In this document: positions 1-5,613 of the stretch, piece after piece
Numbering within the stretch: position 1 is the stretch's first letter
Layout: every line of letters starts with the position of its first letter
Origin: an uncultured Candidatus Saccharibacteria bacterium
Lineage (GTDB): Bacteria; Patescibacteriota; Minisyncoccia; Minisyncoccales; Staskawiczbacteraceae
Direction: 5' to 3'
Length of the DNA stretch: 34,270 nt
Assembly (NCBI GenBank): GCA_964363825.1
Contig: CAYIJR010000001.1
Coordinates: 1-34,270, forward strand
The notes under the pieces: generated by a model
The model's database searches: none
Seen by the model: only the letters and a program-made list of their open reading frames with translations
Told to the model about the DNA's origin: nothing
Translations under genes and position numbers: made by a program

Positions 1-100
1 CAGATTTGACTCCAAAACGCCTGTTAAAAATGTCTTTGGCTTTTGGCGACAGGCCTTTAGTGAGCTTGGCATAAAGTTGTGCGTAATTGGTTTTATCCAT
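1..100 (-). CDS. 5' end of an unidentified CDS that runs off the left edge
   Basis: The ATG at 98-100 (minus) opens a frame that stays open to position 1: MDKTNYAQLYAKLTKGLSPKAKDIFNRRFGVKS... It is too short for the ORF track. The LSxxxxxIFxRRFG pattern loosely resembles the start of a sigma-70 region-4-like HTH, which is an impression only. Confidence 0.3.
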   Translation of the reverse strand, partial: MDKTNYAQLYAKLTKGLSPKAKDIFNRRFGVKS

Positions 101-132
101 GTTTTTTTATTGTTTTTATATGTTAATAATTA

Positions 133-161
133 AGGTTACCATAATATCAATTGCGTGTCAA
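133..161 (-). promoter_or_regulatory. Candidate sigma-70-type promoter for the truncated gene at 1-100
   Basis: The minus strand reads TTGACA (156-161), a 17-nt spacer ending in TGG, then TAACCT (133-138). The -35 is consensus; the -10 is weak but has T1, A2, T6 and a TGn extension. Confidence 0.35.
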
Positions 162-174
162 GTCCTGATGGTTT

Positions 175-1080
175 TTAACGTTTCACCGCTCTTTTTTCAT
201 CAAACTTATACCATGTTACAAGCAAGGGGCCAGCAATAAAAATAGAGGAGTAAGCGCCGGCGGTTATGCCGATGATTAATGCCAGAGAAAAGTATCTTAA
301 TGTCTCTCCCCCAAAGAAAAACAATGCCGCCATTACCAACAACACCGTAAAGACTGTGCTAATGGACCTGCCCAACGTTTGGTTTAAACTCCAGTCCACC
401 GTTTCGCTAAATTGGGCCATGCCTTTTCTTAAAATATTCTCACGAATGCGATCGAAAATGACAATAGTGTCGTGGACGGAAAATCCGATGATGGTCAGCA
501 AAGCGGCCACGATGGGGATGGTGATTTCCACGTTGTAAAATTTTCCCAGCACCGAAAACACGCCCAAGGGAATTAAAATGTCGTGGAATAAGGCAATTAA
601 AGACGTGACACCATACTTCCACGAAGCTACTGGCCGCGAAACTTTCCTAAAAGCAAAAGCAATGTAAATGGTAATGGCTAAAAGCGCCAAAACAATGGCA
701 ATAAGGGTTTTATTTTTCAGTTCCTGCCCGACTGATGGGCCAATGTACTGGAAGCTTTTTTCCTCTAAAGGAGCCAATTCATTTAGTTTTGTAATTATCT
801 GCTGGTGGGTTACCTCATCAACCCCTTTGAATTTTAAAATAGCTCCATGGCTTCCCGTTGGTTGGATAATAATGTCGCCTAAATTCAAATCGGCAAGCTT
901 CTTTGAAATTTCTTCGTTGGAAGGCCTGTTTTGGGTAAAATTAATTTCCATGTTGCTGCCGCCGGTAAATTCAATGCCGAATTTCAAGCCAAAAATCGCC
1001 AGGCTGGCAATGGCTGCCATAATTAAAATGCCGGAAAAGATGTAGTAGATTGTAGAATATTTTGTGAAAGGAAAATTCAT
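175..1080 (-). CDS. secF: Protein translocase subunit SecF
   Basis: 301 aa. It has an N-terminal TM, a periplasmic-type loop and a C-terminal six-TM RND-like export domain (FHDILIPLGVFSVLG, FSVHDTIVIFDRIRE). It lies directly downstream of secD. Confidence 0.9.
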   Translation of the reverse strand: MNFPFTKYSTIYYIFSGILIMAAIASLAIFGLKFGIEFTGGSNMEINFTQNRPSNEEISKKLADLNLGDIIIQPTGSHGAILKFKGVDEVTHQQIITKLNELAPLEEKSFQYIGPSVGQELKNKTLIAIVLALLAITIYIAFAFRKVSRPVASWKYGVTSLIALFHDILIPLGVFSVLGKFYNVEITIPIVAALLTIIGFSVHDTIVIFDRIRENILRKGMAQFSETVDWSLNQTLGRSISTVFTVLLVMAALFFFGGETLRYFSLALIIGITAGAYSSIFIAGPLLVTWYKFDEKRAVKR

Positions 1081-1088
1081 ATGTTAAT

Positions 1089-1175
1089 CCAAAGACCAAA
1101 TACCAAAAATCAAAACCACAAGTTAAAAACCTTTAAATTTTTTGTCTTTGGTTTGTGGTTTTGGTATTTGGTTTT
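1089..1175 (-). repeat. Interrupted inverted repeat (long RNA hairpin) in the secD-secF spacer
   Basis: ACCAAATACCAAAA (1095-1108) is perfectly complementary to TTTTGGTATTTGGT (1159-1172). CCACAA (1116-1121) nests with TTGTGG (1153-1158). A third pair, CCAAAGAC (1089-1096) / GTCTTTGG (1144-1151), is arranged in crossing order. Confidence 0.5.
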
Positions 1176-1187
1176 TGCATTTTAGTT

Positions 1188-2609
1188 TTATAGCACCCAT
1201 TTTACCTTCTCTGCCCACTTGCTGACAAAAACCATCAGTAAAATCCTGGTGATGAAAATAGCCGAAAACAAGCTGACTACAATGCCCAGTGACAAGGTCA
1301 AGGCAAACCCTTTGATAAATGAGGTGGAAAATAAAAATAAAATGGCGCAAACAATCAACGAATTCAAATTGCTGTCGCGGATGGACGGCCAGGCGCGGGA
1401 AAATCCTTCTTTAATGGCTGCTCCCAATTCTTTGCCCTGCTTTATTTCTTCTTTCATGCGGGCGAAAATCAAAATGTTGGCGTCCACAGCCATGCCAATA
1501 GATAGGATAAACCCGCCGATACCAGCCAATGTCAAGGTAACCGGAATTAATTTAAAAATCGAAAGCGTAATAGCTACGTAAATTATCAAAGCAATAGAAG
1601 CCAAAAATCCGGGCAATCGGTAAAAAATTATCATAAATAAGATTACTGCCAAAAGGCCATACAATCCTGCCCACAAAGATTTCTGCAATGATGCCGCGCC
1701 AAGTGTCGGCCCCACGGTTTCTTGTGAAATTGGGCTGCCGATTTTTACCGGCAAAGCTCCTGAATTCAATCTGCGGGCAATGTCGTTAGCGGTTTTAGAT
1801 GACATGCTGCCTGAAATTACCGCTTTACCACCGGTTATTTTATCTTGGACAACTGGGGCGTATAAATCATTTTCATCAATAATATTATCACCAGTGGTAT
1901 CAATAATGGAGGCGCCGTCCAGCAAAATCGCCAACGGTTTTTGGATGTTGCGGGCGGTAATCTCTTCAAAAATTTTTGCCCCGTCGCTGTTGAAAACCAG
2001 TTCAATAAGAGGTTGATAGGTTGTCTGGTCAAAAATAACATTTGCTTTTGATAGGTATTTTCCTGTTAATTCAGTTGGTTTAATGTAGGGGTTTTGCAAC
2101 GCCAATTCCCAATCTTTGATTTTTTGTATATCTTCGCCTTTTTCCTGGGCGGCCTGCACCTCTTTTATTTTATCTAAAATCGGCTGGGATTCTGCCTCCG
2201 GCCTGATCTCGTCAAATTCCAAATAAGGCGTTTGGCCGATCATCTCTATGGCTTGTTTGACATCTTTGACGCCGGGCAATTCAACCATCAGCCGGTCCTG
2301 GCCTTGGATGGTGACTACCGGCTCGGACACGCCGAATAAATTAACTCTTCTTTCAATGACATCTCTCAATCCCTGCATGGCGCTAGATTTGTCTTGGACT
2401 TGGCTCAAATCCGCCTGGTAAATTAAGTTGACTCCGCCCTGCAAATCCAGCCCCAGCACGTAGGGCTTTGACCAAAAGTGAGGCAAGCGCCAGCCAAATT
2501 TCCCATTGATAAAATCGGTTGCCTTATTGTAATAATCCGGGTACATAAAATTGCCGGCCAACACGGCCAGCACAATCACCCCGATGAAAATCCAATATTT
2601 TTGATTCAT
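1188..2609 (-). CDS. secD: Protein translocase subunit SecD
   Basis: 473 aa. It has an N-terminal TM, a large extracytoplasmic domain (LGLDLQGGVNLIY) and a C-terminal six-TM domain (GMAVDANILIFARMKEE). It is adjacent to secF. Confidence 0.9.
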   Translation of the reverse strand: MNQKYWIFIGVIVLAVLAGNFMYPDYYNKATDFINGKFGWRLPHFWSKPYVLGLDLQGGVNLIYQADLSQVQDKSSAMQGLRDVIERRVNLFGVSEPVVTIQGQDRLMVELPGVKDVKQAIEMIGQTPYLEFDEIRPEAESQPILDKIKEVQAAQEKGEDIQKIKDWELALQNPYIKPTELTGKYLSKANVIFDQTTYQPLIELVFNSDGAKIFEEITARNIQKPLAILLDGASIIDTTGDNIIDENDLYAPVVQDKITGGKAVISGSMSSKTANDIARRLNSGALPVKIGSPISQETVGPTLGAASLQKSLWAGLYGLLAVILFMIIFYRLPGFLASIALIIYVAITLSIFKLIPVTLTLAGIGGFILSIGMAVDANILIFARMKEEIKQGKELGAAIKEGFSRAWPSIRDSNLNSLIVCAILFLFSTSFIKGFALTLSLGIVVSLFSAIFITRILLMVFVSKWAEKVKWVL

Positions 2610-2621
2610 TTTTTACTTCGT

Positions 2622-2668
2622 AAAAAATCGCGGAACTGCGCAGAATTTCACGCAGAAATACGCGGAAA
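2622..2668 (-). promoter_or_regulatory. GC-rich repeat/hairpin followed by a U-run about 20 nt upstream of the secD start
   Basis: The minus strand reads TTCCGCG-TATT-TCTGCG-TGAAAT-TCTGCGCAG-TTCCGCG-ATTTTTT. CTGCG/CGCAG and GCG/CGC can pair, then comes T6. TTCCGCG and TCTGCG each occur twice. The motif is an isolated GC island in an AT-rich spacer. Confidence 0.35.
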
Positions 2669-2750
2669 ATTAATTTAAATGATTTTTTATCTTAATACGT
2701 TTTATAAAAAAACGCAAGATAATTATCATGTGTTTTTTAATTACGATTCT

Positions 2751-3212
2751 TTATACTTTCTCTAAAATTTTGAGTTCTAGTTTATCCTTTTCCGTGTCGT
2801 AAATTGCAAAGGTAGGTTTGAATCGCTGCCCTGCTACTTCTCCGGGGTTGACCAATCGGCAGTCGCCTATTTCTTCAACCCACGGCCGGTGGGTGTGGCC
2901 GTAAAAAACCAGGTCGTATTTTCTCGATTGCGCTAATTGCATTGCTTTGTCAGGGTAATGGATGAGGGCAATTTTTTTGCCACCTAATTCAACATCCATG
3001 GTTTCCAAAATATCTTCTAATTGATAATCCCCATTACCCCGCACAAAAGTTATTCCCCCTTTGAAACTTTTTTGGGCCTCGTCAATGGTAGTTTGGCTGC
3101 AAATGTCGCCGCAATGGAGCATGACCGTAATATTTTCTTTATTCAAAAAACCAATGGCTCTATTGAAGTTGGCCATATTGTCATGCGTGTCTGACACAAT
3201 AGCAAATTTCAT
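2751..3212 (-). CDS. YfcE/MJ0936-family metallophosphoesterase
   Basis: Motifs are DTHDN, HCGDI, GNGD and GHTH in the canonical calcineurin-like order. I place the start at MKFAIVSDTHDN (ATG 3210-3212) because the longer ORF-track start would overlap the upstream gene. Confidence 0.85.
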   Translation of the reverse strand: MKFAIVSDTHDNMANFNRAIGFLNKENITVMLHCGDICSQTTIDEAQKSFKGGITFVRGNGDYQLEDILETMDVELGGKKIALIHYPDKAMQLAQSRKYDLVFYGHTHRPWVEEIGDCRLVNPGEVAGQRFKPTFAIYDTEKDKLELKILEKV

Positions 3213-3213
3213 G

Positions 3214-4095
3214 TTAATTACCCGCCACGCACTGGTTAAAGACATTCACCTGGCTGTTGTACTGTACAATGAGATTTTTGGTTTCCTGGTTTAATGAGTT
3301 GTACACTGCCACCAGCGCGTTGTACTCGTCAACTAAAACATTGTACTGCGAAGATCTTGGATTGGTATTGTCAATCTCCCTCTTTTTGGCGTCAATTTTA
3401 AGAGACAACTGATCCAACTGGCTTTTATTTATTTCAATTTTACCCTTCAGTCCTACGTCCGGCTGAGTGCAAGCCGAAAGCGGCAAGCCGAATTCCTGCA
3501 CGCCAATCCACACCGTTTCTCCTTTGTATTCTCCCTTAACAAAGGCCACGCCAATTTCGGAAAACCTGTTGTTTAAAATATTAGCTCGATGCCCCGGGCT
3601 GTCCATCCAATGCTGGACCGCCTCTTTTTCGCTTAAAAAGTTGCCCAAAATCAAGTTCTCTCCCGTCACCACGTAATCATAACCGGCATTTTTCACTAAT
3701 TCCCCCGGACCGACGCCAGATGGCGAAACATGGTCAAAATATTGTTTCAAAAACATATCATCAGCTTTGGCTCTGGCAGCGGCATCAAGTTTTTTATTTT
3801 CAATCAATGGGGGCAACATTCCATTGTTGTACCTTTGAATGTTTGTTTCCGCCACTATTTTTGAATTGGTTAAAACCGTGTCGTTGGCTTTTCCGCCAAT
3901 ATTTAAAGGCGGCGGGCTGAAAATTTCTTTCTTAAACTGGTCTATTACGTTTCCCAAATCAGTCTTTTGGAATTTCTGCAAATTTTCACCCACATTATTG
4001 TAAACATTTAAAATGTTATCTTTGAATAAAAAACCTAGCCAAAAAGCCAGGCCAACCAGTATCAGGGTTAAAATGATTGTCCTAAGTTTTAGCAT
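3214..4095 (-). CDS. Membrane-anchored CAP/SCP (YkwD-like) domain protein with a C-terminal coiled-coil-like tail
   Basis: 293 aa with an N-terminal TM (IILTLILVGLAFWLGFLF). The CAP-domain core is HWMDSPGHRANILNNRFSEIGVAFV. The C-terminal 80 aa are Q/N/K-rich and heptad-like. Confidence 0.75.
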   Translation of the reverse strand: MLKLRTIILTLILVGLAFWLGFLFKDNILNVYNNVGENLQKFQKTDLGNVIDQFKKEIFSPPPLNIGGKANDTVLTNSKIVAETNIQRYNNGMLPPLIENKKLDAAARAKADDMFLKQYFDHVSPSGVGPGELVKNAGYDYVVTGENLILGNFLSEKEAVQHWMDSPGHRANILNNRFSEIGVAFVKGEYKGETVWIGVQEFGLPLSACTQPDVGLKGKIEINKSQLDQLSLKIDAKKREIDNTNPRSSQYNVLVDEYNALVAVYNSLNQETKNLIVQYNSQVNVFNQCVAGN

Positions 4096-4119
4096 ATTAC
4101 CCTTATCTTACCACTTTTT

Positions 4120-4386
4120 TTACTCAAGAGAAATAATTTGCAATCCCTTCTCTTTAATTTCTTCTTCTGGCCAAAATAATTTGTCTGTTTTAAATTTTAA
4201 AACATATGTCACTTTTTTCTCTATTTTTCTGCCGGTGTACTCTTTAGTTTTTGGATCCCATTCTTCAAGAATTAATTTGTCGCCTTCAGCAACATCAAAA
4301 TCGTTAAGGCGGAGCTCAAACTTTTTCTTGCCTGAAACAATTGCGTCAAAATACTCTGGCCAAATTTTTTTCTTGATTATTTCCAT
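4120..4386 (-). CDS. DUF3850 / ASCH-superfamily (PUA-like fold) small protein
   Basis: 88 aa. KIWPEYFDAIVSGKKKFELRLNDFDVAEGDKLILEEWDPKTKEYTGRKIEKKVTYV matches the DUF3850 pattern (WPEYF...G.K.FE.R.ND..F.vGD.L.L.E.d..tgeyTGR). Its ATG lies 2 nt after the stop of the AbrB-like gene. Confidence 0.75.
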   Translation of the reverse strand: MEIIKKKIWPEYFDAIVSGKKKFELRLNDFDVAEGDKLILEEWDPKTKEYTGRKIEKKVTYVLKFKTDKLFWPEEEIKEKGLQIISLE

Positions 4387-4388
4387 TA

Positions 4389-4727
4389 CTACTTATTATT
4401 CTTTTTGCTTTTCCAATCCTTAATGGTAATGGTTTTCCTGTCGTAGGTTACAATTAACTTTTGCTTTTCCTTGATTTTTAATTCACTAGACCTGTTGCTT
4501 AATAAGACAATTAGCGAAATTTCCAGATTTTGAGGTGAAAATCTGGAAAAATAAGGAGGTTTGCCATACGGCAAGCCGACGCATTTTTACGAATTTTCAA
4601 CCAAAATATGTAAATTGCAGTTGAAGTCTTATCAAGTAACAGGTCTATTAACAATATCAGCGGGAATCACCAGAGACAAGCTTCTCCTACCCGTACGCGT
4701 AACTTTTCTTATGTATGTTTTTTTCAT
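4389..4727 (-). pseudogene. AbrB/MazE/SpoVT-family DNA-binding protein gene interrupted by a small inverted-repeat element
   Basis: The 5' part (4632-4727) encodes MKKTYIRKVTRTGRRSLSLVIPADIVNRPVT*. The 3' part ends ...SELKIKEKQKLIVTYDRKTITIKDWKSKKNNK* (stop 4389-4391). Removing 4489-4647 restores one 59-aa in-frame SpoVT/AbrB-like ORF. Confidence 0.7.
4487..4647. mobile_element. 157-bp MITE-like element with 18-nt terminal inverted repeats and a TA target-site duplication
   Basis: The structure is TA|GACCTGTTGCTTAATAAG (4489-4506) ... CTTATCAAGTAACAGGTC (4628-4645)|TA, with the TIRs 16/18 complementary. It contains an internal perfect 11-bp hairpin (4521-4531 / 4538-4548) and no coding capacity. 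A related copy lies at 23557-23632. Confidence 0.65.
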
Positions 4728-4736
4728 AGTATTATT

Positions 4737-4776
4737 TTTGCTCCGTAGCATGCTCCGTAGCATGCTACGGAGCAAA
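4737..4776. repeat. 16-bp-stem palindrome containing a 12-nt tandem duplication, between the MNT stop and the AbrB-like start
   Basis: TTTGCTCCGTAGCATG (4737-4752) is the exact reverse complement of CATGCTACGGAGCAAA (4761-4776). CTCCGTAGCATG occurs twice in tandem (4741-4752, 4753-4764). As a result, 4752-4773 is also a perfect 22-nt palindrome. Confidence 0.7.
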
Positions 4777-4803
4777 TTACGCGGCATTTATTTTTTATAA
4801 TTT

Positions 4804-5184
4804 TTATTTTTTATTTCCTATTCTTGCATATTCTCTCTTATACTTTAAAAACCTTTCAGATTTAAGAAACTTCTTCATAAAATATATTAATTTTTCCCCG
4901 ACATTGCCAGTATCTTTTAGGATAATGCTTTTTGCAATAGGCGGAGCCCAATCTGGCGCAAAATTATGTTTAAAGTAATTTTCGTTTACCACGTGCACAT
5001 CTAAATTATAACCTTTCCATGTCTTTTTAATTCGATCTTTTCTTTTTTCGGTGATCAGTAACAAATCCCAGTCGCTATCTGGCCTTGGTTTACCATATAC
5101 CCTTGAACCACACATGAGAATCGCTAGTGGCGAGTATTTTTTCGTTAAGTAATCAACAATTTCTTGTAATTGTTTATTTTTCAT
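4804..5184 (-). CDS. Minimal nucleotidyltransferase (MNT / Pol-beta superfamily) protein
   Basis: 126 aa. GSRVYGKPRPDSDWDLLL matches the GS-x(n)-DxD signature of small MNT-type nucleotidyltransferases. Its start overlaps the ppa stop by 11 nt. Confidence 0.8.
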   Translation of the reverse strand: MKNKQLQEIVDYLTKKYSPLAILMCGSRVYGKPRPDSDWDLLLITEKRKDRIKKTWKGYNLDVHVVNENYFKHNFAPDWAPPIAKSIILKDTGNVGEKLIYFMKKFLKSERFLKYKREYARIGNKK

Positions 5185-5612
5185 CTAAGCATTTATTAAT
5201 AAGCTCCACCGCTTCGTTCTTCCCAAGGAATTTACCCACCTTAACTACTTTACTAATGCGATGATCAAAAACATGCAGTACAAACTTAGCCAACTTCTTT
5301 TCAATTTCTTCGTTCACTACTATTTCTTCTCCGGGTATTTTGGCAAGAATATTGTGATCCTCCTTATGATCTTCGATTTGTTGCATAAGACCTATTGGTT
5401 CACATTCTATAATCTGCCCTTTTTTTTAACTTCTGTTCAGTAATGACAAAACAATCCAGGTTGTCGCCATCACCACTTGTCGTTTTTAAGATGAAACCAT
5501 AGGGAAATGGATACTTGCGTGAAACCGTAAAAGTTTCACGATATTCCAAAGTTTTCTCGTTATATACGTTTTTCTGGTCAGAACCAGCCTCATTTTCTAT
5601 AAATACCTTCAT
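5174..5612 (-). pseudogene. ppa: Family I inorganic pyrophosphatase, reading frame broken in an A8 run
   Basis: The N-terminal ORF (5400-5612) carries YPFPYGFI and GDGDNLDCFVI. The C-terminal ORF (5174-5386) carries EDHKEDHNILAKIP (the De.geDdKiiav motif). The C-frame is open back to 5425 as KKGQIIECEPIGL. Dropping one A from the mRNA A8 run (5420-5427) gives a continuous 145-aa PPase. Confidence 0.8.
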
Positions 5613-5613
5613 T

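Noticed and set aside
2751-3245. The longer N-terminal extension (MSLTSAWRVIN...) of the phosphoesterase
   Set aside because: It would overlap the upstream CAP-domain gene by 32 nt. The conserved family N-terminus begins at MKFAIVSDTHDN, directly after that gene's stop.
4487-4647. The AbrB interruption interpreted as an intron, an intein or a programmed recoding site
   Set aside because: At 157 bp with terminal inverted repeats and a TA duplication, it has no group I/II intron core. It is not an in-frame protein insertion, since it contains stops. A related copy also exists in an unrelated location.
4741-4764. The tandem 12-mer CTCCGTAGCATG, and the hexanucleotide repeat at 27255-27425, considered as possible CRISPR-like or VNTR arrays
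   Set aside because: The 12-mer has only two copies embedded in a palindrome. The hexamer repeat is coding and degenerate. Neither has a repeat-spacer organisation, and no cas genes are present.
4389-4800. The ORF-track entries 4389-4574 (-) and 4561-4800 (+), both beginning MPYGKP
   Set aside because: Both start at TTG codons created by the small palindrome TTGCCATACGGCAA inside the inverted-repeat element. The minus ORF is a fusion of element sequence with the true 3' end of the AbrB-like gene. The plus ORF runs antisense to the AbrB 5' half, and the AAGGAGG is only 1 nt from its TTG.
5174-5386. A 70-aa ORF overlapping the MNT start, first considered as a small antitoxin-like partner of the nucleotidyltransferase
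   Set aside because: Its sequence (EDHKEDHNILAKIP..., KFVLHVFDHR...) is the C-terminal half of a family I pyrophosphatase. Its frame extends upstream to join the N-terminal ppa ORF across the A8 run.
4575-5400. A HEPN partner for the MNT nucleotidyltransferase
   Set aside because: No ORF with an Rx4-6H motif or suitable size lies on either side. The neighbours are ppa (upstream) and the palindrome plus AbrB-like gene (downstream).
5420-5427. Classical -1 programmed ribosomal frameshift on A_AAA_AAA in ppa
   Set aside because: The -1 frame reads AAA AAA AAG GGC AGA TTA TAG and terminates. Only a +1 shift, or loss of one A, restores the PPase frame.
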